From NCBI GenBank assembly GCA_965644265.1, contig OZ286467.1, positions 55,862,001 to 55,926,000 on the forward strand: a DNA stretch of 64,000 nucleotides, in the 5' to 3' direction. The stretch is from Glycera tridactyla (Eukaryota). This document shows, in pieces, positions 27,701 to 37,403 of the stretch (positions are counted from its first letter, which is position 1; each line of letters begins with the position of its first letter). The notes under the pieces were generated by a model. It did not search any database and was not told the origin of the DNA. It saw only the letters and a program-made list of their open reading frames with translations. Both the position numbers and the translations under genes were made by a program.

Positions 27701-30700
27701 CAGCATGGGGAAAAAACACCTGCCAGGTATGTATCAAATAAACCTGCCCCATATAAATTCAGCCTTCCCCATCATACGACCATTGCAATTTTTCCCACCT
27801 GTTCTTAAAACAGATGAATTGATAATCAACCTGTCTAGCTGTCTGTGAGTGGTGCCAGAAGGAAACATTGTCATGAAACCCAATAATCTTGGACCATCCA
27901 GCCATGAAAAGTGAGATGATATGAACATCACAGGCACTTGAAATGTCATTTCAGAAATGAGCAACAGGGAAAGATTGACCTCACCTTCAGGAGGAGAATG
28001 AAGGCAACATTCTCAGCTCGGGTCAATAGCTTCACCAGACCCTCTGCTTTGGCATTGTAATGGGAGGCATCCTGCAGACAATGTACGATAGGCGCAAATG
28101 CACGAATGCACCAATCGATGGCTCGTTTCATGTGCCCCATCCACCTGGTTCCGCCAACTCTGGGGGGCATGAGGGGTGTCTTTCCAAGCATCTCGAATGT
28201 TTTTCGGAGAAGTCTCCTCTGCTTGCTGCTCCTCTTGAAGAAATAATACAAGCCGACTAAGAGGGTCAGCACCTGGTCGTACAGCTTGGGCGCAGCCTTT
28301 TTGATGGCATCCTTGTACCCGAGTTCCAGTCTGTGTGCTAAACAATGAATGACAATCAAAGCTGGGTGGCGCTCTTGCAAGAGTGCTGCAAGTCCTTTCT
28401 TGCGGCCAAGCATGTTGGAGGCACCATCACAGCTGAAGCCAACAAACTTGTCCATGTAACCGTCAAGACCAGCCTGATGTAAAGTGCTGCATACCACTTC
28501 GAAGAGTGCTGCTGATTCAGTTGAGTCTGGCTCAACAATCTTCAGGAACTTTGTTTCAGCCTCCCCCTTTGTGACAAAACGCACAAATAGCGTCTCTTGC
28601 TCTGTGCTACTGATATCCGTTGCTCCATCCATGGTGAGGCTGAAGTAGCTGCAGTGCTGAATACAGTCATTAAGATGCGATGTCTCCACCTCAGCAATCG
28701 AGTCAATGAATAAGCCACCTGAATGGGGATTCCGGTACGTACATCCCACATCCAACCCTTTCGCCTCATCCAGGTCTGCCAGCCATTCCACGTCTTTGAT
28801 CGGCCGATTCTTCTTGGCTATGGCATGGGCATTTCGAAAGAGAATTTGGAGTCGCGACCTCTCATTCTCCTTCAGCTGAATCAAGGCCTTCCCTGCAGCA
28901 GAGGCGGATGCTCCCACATTACTTGAAGACTGCTGTGCCCTTGCGACTGCTGCAATCTTCTGGTGGGCCTTTGACATCTCATGATCAGTGATGGCTGACT
29001 TCTTAAAGTTGTTGGTCCCCTCAATGAAGCTGCCCTCTTTCTGCATAACCTTCAGGCGACTGTCAGTGGCCAGCTCCTTAAGGTCGCAACAGAATTTGCA
29101 GAACATGAGGTTCTTCGCACAATCATGGATCAGCCAATCTCTTCCGACTTGCCAGCTGCTCTGTGAAAAAAAAGGAGAGATGGTCAGCATATGCATCTCA
29201 GAAGCATCTATTCTGGCACATCCAGCCTGGTTCCTGCAATTTCTGAATTTCCATTTTCGCTAAATTTTCAGAAAATTGGCGTCACTGACCCACTCAACAC
29301 CACCCACACGTGGGCTAATGGTTGCCCTACTAGCATCGGGCAGGTAATTTTATCAGTCTGCTATGAATCTTCATGCTGGGTGTGTGTGTAAGGGGGGGGG
29401 GGGTGAATATGATACTTCACCTGAAGACAGCTAAAGAAAAAAGCTAATTTTTAGAGAAATTCATGCTTATTCCAAATGAAAACTAGAACTGTAATCCAGA
29501 GGATGACTAACAGGTGGGGGACTGGCCTGTTATTTCAGTACGTCCTGTGATCAGGGGATGGTGGGTGTACTGTAATCACAGGATGTACTGGGATTCCAGT
29601 ACACTCTGCAGTGCTGAGTGGGTTTTGGGTAAATAACCAAGTGTGTTCATAATTTCTCTTTTATTGTGATTTTCATCATCTGTACAGTACTGACATGACA
29701 ACACTGTATTTTCTGGTTCAGGGAAGTCCAAAATTGTCGCAGTTGTGTCAGGTGGTACAGAATTACATACCATAGTAGCATAGGTACATTTCTCATGATT
29801 TTTCATCACATGTTTGAGATGTTTCTCCATTTACAGCATAATTGTTCCAGAAACCGTAAAATCAAATAGTCTCAATAAAAAGAGGATGATGTCCAAAGGT
29901 AGGTTGTAGCTTGTAGTTTTGAAATAGATCTATTGAGGGATGGGTTAATTCATTTTTTTCACCTTTGTGTCGAATGCGGTCGGTCAAGAACCATCGAATA
30001 CATGATTCATCAAATTGTGTGTGTGTGTGTGGGGGGGGGGGGGAAGGTTGATGGTTCAAATCCAATACAAGCCAAAAAATAATTTGGAACACATTTCATG
30101 GACCTGTTGCCAGTACAAGCTGGGAATATGTCTCTGACATGATTTCTATCACTAAAAAAATGTGTGTGTGTATGTGTGTGTGTGTGTGTGTGTGCGCGCG
30201 CATAATCCTCTATGTTGATACATGCATTTAACATCAACCAATCATCACATGTTTGAGATGTTTCTCCATTTACAGCATAATTGTTCCAGAAACCGTAAAA
30301 TCAAATAGTCTCAATAAAAAGAGGATGATGTCCAAAGGTAGGTCGTAGCTTGTAGTTTTGAAATAGATCTATTGAGGGATGTGGGACTCAACCAGGAAGT
30401 TACTTTTGCGTCCATCAGGGTTTCATTTACCCCTGCGTCCTGCGTCATACACGAATCAAATCACATCCGGGACCCATCATACTGCCAATCCACCTACCTA
30501 CCCACCTACCCACCCACCTATCCACTCACCTGCCCATCCACCATTCTACCCACCCATCCACCCACCACTCTACCCACATACCCATCCACCTACCCACCAC
30601 TCTACCCACCCACCCACATACCCAAGCACCTACCAACCCACCCACACGTGGGTGGGTGGGTAGGTGGATGGTTAGATGAGTGTGTAGGTGGGTGGGTGGG

Positions 30701-33700
30701 TGGTTAGGTGAGTGAGTGGGTGAGGTGAGTGGGTGGGTGGGTGGGGTGGTGAGTGGGTGGGTGGTTGAGTGGGTCATTGAGGTGAGTGGGTGGGGCAGTG
30801 AGTGGGTGAGGTGAGTGGGCAGGTGGGTTGGTGAGTGAGTGGGTGGGTGGGCAGGTGGGTGTGGTGAGTGGGCAGGTGGTTGTGGTGAGTGGGTGGGTCA
30901 GTGAGGTGAGTGGGTGGGGCAGTGAGTGGGTGAGTGGGTGGGTGGGGGGGGGTGAGTGGGCAGGTGGGTGTGGTGAGTGGGCAGGTGGTTGTGGTGAGTG
31001 GGTGGGTCAGTGAGGTGAGTGGGTGGGGCAGTGAGTGGGTGAGGTGAGTGGGGGGGTGGTGAGTGAGTGGGTGGGTGGGGGGGTGAGTGGGTGGGTGAGG
31101 TGAGTGGGTGGGTGGGTCAGTGAGGTGAGTGGGTGGGTGGGCAGGTGAGTGAGTCAGTGAGGTGAGTGGGCTGGTGGGTGAGTGGATGGGTGGTTGAGTG
31201 GGTCATTGAGGTGAGTGGGTGGGGCAGTGAGTGGGTGAGGTGAGTGGGCAGGTGGGTTGGTGAGTGAGTGGGTGGGTGAGGTGGGTTGGTGAGTGAGTGG
31301 GTGGGTGGGCAGGTGGGTGTGGTGAGTGAGTGGGTGGGTGAGTGGGCAGGTGGTTGTGGTGGGTGGGTGGGTCAGTGAGGTGAGTGGGTGGGGCAGTGAG
31401 TGGGCAGGTGGGTTGGTGAGTGAGTGGGTGGGTGAGGTGGGTTGGTGAGTGGGTGGGTCAGTGAGGTGAGTGGGTGGGTGGGCAGGTGAGTGAGTCAGTG
31501 AGGTGAGTGGGCAGGTTGGTGTGGTGGGTGAGTGGATGGGTGGTTGAGTGGGTCATTGAGGTGAGTGGGTGGGGCAGTGAGTGGGTGAGGTGAGTGGGCA
31601 GGTGGGTTGGTGAGTGAGTGGGTGGGTGAGGTGGGTTGGTGAGTGAGTGGGTGGGTGGGCAGGTGGGTGTGGTGAGTGAGTGGGTGGGTGAGTGGGCAGG
31701 TGGTTGTGGTGGGTGGGTGGGTCAGTGAGGTGAGTGGGTGGGGCAGTGAGTGGGCAGGTGGGTTGGTGAGTGAGTGGGTGGGTGAGGTGGGTTGGTGAGT
31801 GGGTGGGTCAGTGAGGTGAGTGGGTGGGTGGGCAGGTGAGTGAGTCAGTGAGGTGAGTGGGCAGGTTGGTGTGGTGGGTGAGTGGATGGGTGGTTGAGTG
31901 GGTCATTGAGGTGAGTGGGTGGGGCAGTGAGTGGGTGAGGTGAGTGGGCAGGTGGGTTGGTGAGTGAGTGGGTGGGTGGGCAGGTGGGTGTGGTGAGTGG
32001 GCAGGTGGTTGTGGTGAGTGGGTGGGTCAGTGAGGTGAGTGGGTGGGGCAGTGAGTGGGTGAGTGGGTGGGTGGGGGGGTGAGTGGGTGGGTGAGGTGAG
32101 TGGGCGGGTGGGTGGGGTGAGTGGGCAGGTGGGTGTGGTGAGTGGGTGGGTCAGTGAGGTGAGTGGGTGGGGCAGTGAGTGGGTGAGGTGAGTGGGGGGG
32201 TGGTGAGTGAGTGGGTGGGTGGGGGGTGAGTGGGTGGGTGAGGTGAGTGGGTGGGTGGGTCAGTGAGGTGAGTGGGTGGGTGGGCAGGTGAGTGAGTCAG
32301 TGAGGTGAGTGGGCTGGTGGGTGAGTGGATGGGTGGTTGAGTGGGTCATTGAGGTGAGTGGGTGGGGCAGTGAGTGGGTGAGGTGAGTGGGCAGGTGGGT
32401 TGGTGAGTGAGTGGGTGGGTGAGGTGGGTTGGTGAGTGAGTGGGTGGGTGGGCAGGTGGGTGTGGTGAGTGAGTGGGTGGGTGAGTGGGCAGGTGGTTGT
32501 GGTGGGTGGGTGGGTCAGTGAGGTGAGTGGGTGGGGCAGTGAGTGGGCAGGTGGGTTGGTGAGTGAGTGGGTGGGTGAGGTGGGTTGGTGAGTGAGTGGG
32601 TGGGTGGGCAGGTGGGTGTGGTGAGTGAGTGGGTGGGTGAGTGGGCAGGTGGTTGTGGTGGGTGGGTGGGTCAGTGAGGTGAGTGGGTGGGTGGGCAGGT
32701 GAGTGAGTCAGTGAGGTGAGTGGGCTGGTGGGTGAGTGGATGGGTGGTTGAGTGGGTCAGTGAGGTGAGTGGGTGGGGCAGTGAGTGGGTGAGGTGAGTG
32801 GGCAGGTGGGTTGGTGAGTGAGTGGGTGGGTGAGGTGGGTTGGTGAGTGAGTGGGTGGGTGGGCAGGTGGGTGTGGTGAGTGAGTGGGTGGGTGAGTGGG
32901 CAGGTGGTTGTGGTGGGTGGGTGGGTCAGTGAGGTGAGTGGGTGGGGCAGTGAGTGGGCAGGTGGGTTGGTGAGTGAGTGGGTGGGTGAGGTGGGTTGGT
33001 GAGTGGGTGGGTCAGTGAGGTGAGTGGGTGGGTGGGCAGGTGAGTGAGTCATTGAGGTGAGTGGGCAGGTGGGTGTGGTGGGTGAGTGGATGGGTGGTTG
33101 AGTGGGTCATTGAGGTGAGTGGGTGGGGCAGTGAGTGGGTGAGGTGAGTGGGCAGGTGGGTTGGTGAGTGAGTGGGTGGGTGAGGTGGGTTGGTGAGTGA
33201 GTGGGTGGGTGGGCAGGTGGTTGTGGTGAGTGGGGCGGTGAGTGGGTGGGTGGGCGAGTGAGTGGGTGGGTGAGGTGGGTGGGGCAGTGAGTTGGTAGGG
33301 TGGGTGGGTGGGTGAGGTGAGCGAGTGGGAGGATGGGTGAGTGGGTGGGCAGGTGAGTGAGTGAGTGATGGTCGGCGTGGTCATGATCTTGGTCACTCAC
33401 GAAACCTGCAGTGATCTTGGTCACTGCAGGTAGATCAGGGCGAGAAGACATCCTGAAAATCCACCTGCCCCCCCTGGAAAATCCACCTGCCCTGCTTATA
33501 TATGTAAGTCATTTATGTTCATTCTCCACCTGCCCACCTGAAAAATCTACCTGCCCCGGGCAGGTGGGCGGCTATCTCTTCTCGCCCTGTAGATGGGTGT
33601 GGATTTGTGGTAGCTGTGGTAGCCAGCTGTTAGCCCCTGTTCCCTTCCCCCCCCCCCCCAATCACCCACCAACCCACCCACCCCCACATGTTAATTTTGA

Positions 33701-33953
33701 TGCACTTGCATTGAAAATCAGCGAATACACAGAATAATAACACAAAAAAAGCTACCTGAAATTTTCTGATTGTTGGCTTCTTTCTCTCCTGGTTGCCCGT
33801 TGATTCATCCAGTCTTCCCTTTTTCATCTCCTGGCTACTTGGTGATGCTTCCAGTTGTCTCTTTGCTTCCCTGCTGGGGCCAGGCACTGGTGATTGTGGC
33901 TCTGAGGCTGGCTTCCCAGGCCTTGGAGTTCTCTTGACAAACTTGTCCATCAT
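24732..33953 (-). CDS. hAT-family transposase (ZNF862/DUF4371-like), 7 exons, 795 aa predicted
   Basis: Exons 33953-33756, 29160-27985, 27617-27499, 27136-26919, 26261-26144, 25858-25585 and 25016-24732; all introns GT-AG with compatible phases (0,0,2,1,2,0); 2388 nt with no internal stop found. Motifs: TTF-like zinc finger (RKFQ|SSW..FCKFC..DHEMSKAH), TMDGATD, SCDGASNM, HCLAHRLEL, and dimerisation domain LPPTSVVNEMAFS. Confidence 0.88.
26478..26603 (+). mobile_element. Internally deleted family A copy in transposase intron 4
   Basis: GACCAGTGAACTGATCCC..CAGTGGCC joined to GCCCATGTCCATTGCATGG..GGAGCTGAC-TGACATTAA. Confidence 0.7.
26604..26783. mobile_element. hAT-type MITE inserted in the family A tail, ~5-bp TSD
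   Basis: CAGGGCTTTA / TAGAGCCCTG; flanks TTAAG / TTAAA; GGCAGGT repeats; related remnant at 29311-29352. Confidence 0.7.
27365..27460 (-). mobile_element. Partial reversed copy of the 17362/33436 MITE in intron 3
   Basis: CAGGTGGGCAGGTAG..AAATGACTTGCATACATAAGCAGG is the reverse complement of the MITE core. Confidence 0.7.
29804..30381. repeat. 139-bp direct duplication (29804-29942 and 30243-30381)
   Basis: Near-identical, with one T/C difference seen; the spacer contains (GT)n and poly-G runs. Confidence 0.9.
30481..33368. repeat. GGGT/GAGT-rich satellite in transposase intron 1, with a short inverted C-rich arm and ~350-bp higher-order period
   Basis: C-rich at 30481-30644, CACGTG at 30645-30650, G-rich thereafter; marker GGATGGGTGGTTGAGTGGGTCA at 31184, 31534, 31884, 32327, 32738 and 33088. 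Confidence 0.95.
33436..33589. mobile_element. hAT-type MITE with 5-bp TSD TAGAT (hAT5-like)
   Basis: Perfect TIR CAGGGCGAGAAG / CTTCTCGCCCTG; TAGAT at 33431-33435 and 33590-33594. Confidence 0.9.
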
Positions 33954-34059
33954 CAAAGTTCTCCCCTCCAAACCGCTGATCAGTGACAATCACTGGCTAT
34001 AATTGAGTCACTGATTCATGGGATCGTTCACTGATGATTAGATGATTTCCTCACTTCTG

Positions 34060-34500
34060 TGAAAACACACGAAAGAGCGCGAAACCGCCGGTTTTTGTAA
34101 GCGCCACCTCTCGTAACGTGACGAATTTGCCGATTACCACGTTCCACTAGTCCCGGTTTTTATTCTTCATTGTATACAAGAAATACGACCGTCAAAACAA
34201 TTCGGGATTAGGGTAAATCGAATTTGTAACACGCACGCTGATTGGTCAATATTTCGTATATCCGGTTTTCTCGGCCAATCAGAATCGAGGAGACATTCGG
34301 TGTCGGCTTCATGCCAGAACAAAATGGCGGCGCGCAGTCGATCGTATCAACGCGAAATAAATTGTTTTCGCTGTCGGATTTCGCCACAAATGGCATGGAT
34401 TTTTCGCCCGAACGTGACGCCGGACATCGTGTCAGACGTGAAAGTAAGCCACGCCGGTCAATTTATCAAAACGACGGATTTGTCCGACGGTCCGACGTGT
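34060..34500. promoter_or_regulatory. CpG-rich candidate promoter of the transposase
   Basis: Directly upstream of exon 1; ATTGG at 34241-34245, CCAAT at 34275-34279, YY1-like AAAATGGCGG at 34321-34330. Confidence 0.5.
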
Positions 34501-34514
34501 TTTCGCAAACACTG

Positions 34515-34745
34515 CTAGTGGAAGCCATGTTAGTCAATCCCATGTTCACGGGGTAACACTATGGTCAACATTTTTACCAACAGGAATGACACCCGGAGTG
34601 TCTGTGAATTCCATAATATTTCACCTTCTATTGGGACCCAGAAGGATGTGTCTTAGATGATCCCACCCATGGCTCATTGCATGGGCATCACAATATAGCA
34701 CAAATGGAGCTGACGTGACGTTACAACAGGACCAACCAACCAACA
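34515..34745 (+). mobile_element. 3' part of the family A copy split by the hAT transposon
   Basis: CTAGTGGAAGCCATG..AATGACACC..GCATGGGCATCACAATATAGC..GTGACGTTA plus CAAC tail. Confidence 0.85.
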
Positions 34746-34799
34746 GTCATCACCAAAACCGCCACCAAGTGCTGCGCTTTGCAAAAAAAAACATTGCTA

Positions 34800-34941
34800 T
34801 CAGGCTTGAGTGTCTTTATAGGCAGGTGGTCTTCATAGAGAGGTCATTTACTGTGGAAAATACTACCGCGGTCGCAGCTCAGGGTGGTCTTTATAGAGAG
34901 GTGGTCCATATAGAGAGGTGGTCTTTAGAGCAGTTTCAACC
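34800..34941 (-). mobile_element. Tc1/mariner-type MITE (GACCACC family), reversed
   Basis: AGGTGGTCTTTA repeats and AGAGGTCATTTACTGT-GAAAATACTACC; ends CAGTTTCAACCG+TA. Confidence 0.7.
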
Positions 34942-34984
34942 GTAGTTGGATATGCCATCATTAGATTCAGTTTGTCCATGAAGT

Positions 34985-35160
34985 ATGGAGAGTCACACTT
35001 GCTCCGAAAAGCACACCTTCAGTGTCTGTGAATATTTCATGAGTTTCTTTAGATTGCATAAAGTCTTGAATGATCCCGACCATATTCATTGGATGGGCGT
35101 TTCAGTATATCACAGTTGCTGATCACGGGACGTGAGACAGTCAACCATCAAACCGATCAT
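34985..35160 (+). mobile_element. Family A copy (degenerate)
   Basis: CACCTTCAGTGTCTGTGAAT..GTCTTGAATGATCCC..GGATGGGCGT. Confidence 0.55.
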
Positions 35161-35244
35161 CTCACCATCTTGTGGAATTTACATACGAATGTGACATAAT
35201 ATCTGGATAGGATTCGGATGAGGAAGAAGCTGAAGGAATATATT

Positions 35245-35343
35245 GGGTTTGCTGACTTATTTCATAGAGCTTCCAGAGGGTTTGCTGACTTATTTCATAG
35301 AGCTTCCAGAGGGTTTGCTGACTTATTTCATAGAGCTTCCAGA
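35245..35343. repeat. Three perfect 33-bp tandem repeats
   Basis: GGGTTTGCTGACTTATTTCATAGAGCTTCCAGA x3. Confidence 0.95.
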
Positions 35344-35555
35344 GAGACTGAGGCTCATGTCGGATATTATTTGTGCCAAGTATGTACTCTGACTGCCATC
35401 TGACTCTATGTTATTTTCATATTTCTAGTTATTATAGTTTGAATAATAGGAGTGATAATCATCTTCCAACAAAGTTTTAATTCAAGATAGATGGTTTTGG
35501 TACAGTTATTGCAGTATTCCTTTGCTTAATGTACATGGACATCAAATTGTCGATA

Positions 35556-35745
35556 GCAGAAATGACACCTTGAGTTCTGTGCATTCCATAAATATTCGCC
35601 CTCTGTTGAGAACCCAGAAGGAGGTGTCTCGAATTACCCCACTCATGCCCATTGCATGGGCGTCATTTTCTAGCACAAATGGAGCTGACGTGACCTTAAA
35701 TCCGAACCAACAATCCAAGCAACCAACCTACCAACCAACCAACCG
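35556..35745 (+). mobile_element. Family A copy
   Basis: CAGAAATGACACCTTGAG..CCCATTGCATGGGCGTC..GTGACCTTAAA plus CAAC tail. Confidence 0.8.
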
Positions 35746-36284
35746 ATCAAATTGTCGATTGGTGGCCCAGGTGGGAATTTCACTCTCACGATGTGTGGTT
35801 GGATTCCATTTAATAGAATAATAGGTTAAGGTTACAACGTCTCCATAGTTCGGCGGGGAGTTGCCCTCGCATTTCACGGAGAAATACACAGCAGGTCAAA
35901 ATCGGAGTCACGTGGATTAAGCGTATAAAGAAGCAAGATGCAGTGGAAGTTCAAGAGTGTCTCCATGGTTAAATTCCGCCCCACTGAACAAGATGATCAT
36001 GCAATGGCAGGTGGGCGACCCCGGCCCTAGTATTGGTTGCGATAACGTGATATGTTGTGGTTCAACGTCTGATATCCACAGCAAGTTCATTCAGCTTCAC
36101 AATGACATTCCTTCGCAGGCCTGTTCCAGCTAGAGCATTTCTCCCAACCACAGGCAAAGAGTTGACTGCATGGGCTAAGCACTCTACAATTACCATCACT
36201 GCCTAGTCAAATACCCATCTACACCTGGGTGATTTCTACTCAATGAGAAGCACAATTCATATAGATAGATCTGCCTAATGGTGT

Positions 36285-36496
36285 AACCCAGTGCATGCCG
36301 ACTGGGATATCAAAGGCCGGCCGTGTAAATAGGAGTCTTTTCCTGTGCGGACGTAAAAGAACCACTGCTGTCTTTTGCAAAGAGTAGGGACGGCCCCCGG
36401 CATGCGGTGACTCTTTTCTTCAGCATTTTTAGGGATTTCTGAGTCCGATATAACCCAAGTGGGTTTAAGCGACGTTATCTCAAACAAACAAACAAA
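36285..36496 (+). mobile_element. Free-standing ~210-bp retroposed element B (LINE 3' UTR / Deu-Nin-like core)
   Basis: Starts AACCCAGTGCATGCCGACTGGG, ends (CAAA)n; TSD CTGCCTAAT(G/A)GTG at 36271-36283 and 36497-36509. Confidence 0.85.
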
Positions 36497-37403
36497 CTGC
36501 CTAATAGTGCCGGTCCAGTATGGAATGGTGAACATTGCTCATCTGGGACATGCATCTGAGGAGGAGCCCTGGACAATATTGTGAACAATGTTACTCAGTT
36601 GAGACCCCCCCCCCCCCAGGTTTGTCTAATGGGCGTTAACACCTACCTTTCAATGTCTTCAGTGGGATTGAAGTCAACGTAATGTGACAATGCTCAAATA
36701 CCAATGCCAATTCTATTCTAGTATGCTTATATTAGTTGTAAAATTCTCGCTTCTCTGCCTAACAATTCAAGTATGTGTTTGTTTTGCAAGAATCTGTAAA
36801 TCAGATGCTTATAGTATGTCTCACTATAAGTGAGGTGCTTCATGTTTGTATAATGTCATGACTGGAGGAGGAGGGATGATACACTCTCCTAATAAAAGTT
36901 CTGATGAATGAGGCCTCAGAAGCAATTTAAAGCATTCGTTGTGGCCTTTGACACCTTTGGAAGCCTTCGATAATCAAAGATGTCGCCGAAGATAGCCTTG
37001 CGTTGATCGTTGAAGCAACTCAACATGAATAATGCTGTTTTGCAGTGGTTCGGTGCCCGGTGGAATGTAACAAAGACATGGGTCGAGAAGCACATAATGT
37101 GCCTTTCTACGCACTAGTCTTCATAATAACGACATCATTAGTACACACAGTCGATCTTAGAAAAGGCGCCCGAGGTACATCGGGAAGCAGGCAAAAGTCT
37201 CTTCAATGATAGGATTCACAAAGCTTTAACAAAACTTTTTTATATGGTGTCCAGATCCAAATGCATGTTTATGTTTGAGATGTGCTTGAGATAGTGTCAA
37301 TACTGATGTATGACATTTTCAATAAAAGCGATTGGAAATTATGATTGATAATTGATTGATATAGAGAGTAATGTTTTCAAGTGTAATTCATTTGTGGTGA
37401 GAA

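Larger units (their letters stand above)
24370..34514 (-). mobile_element. Full-length hAT DNA transposon with 6-bp TSD (hAT6-like), 10145 bp
   Basis: TIRs CAGTGTTCGCGAAAA / TTTTCGCAAACACTG (14/15 match); TSD CTAGTG at 24364-24369 and 34515-34520; subterminal CACGTCTGACA / TGTCAGACGTG repeats at both ends; encloses a transposase gene. Confidence 0.92.

Noticed and set aside
30372-33451. Pro/His/Thr-rich and Val/Gly/Trp-rich ORFs
   Set aside because: Products of the satellite; the region lies inside a well-supported intron.
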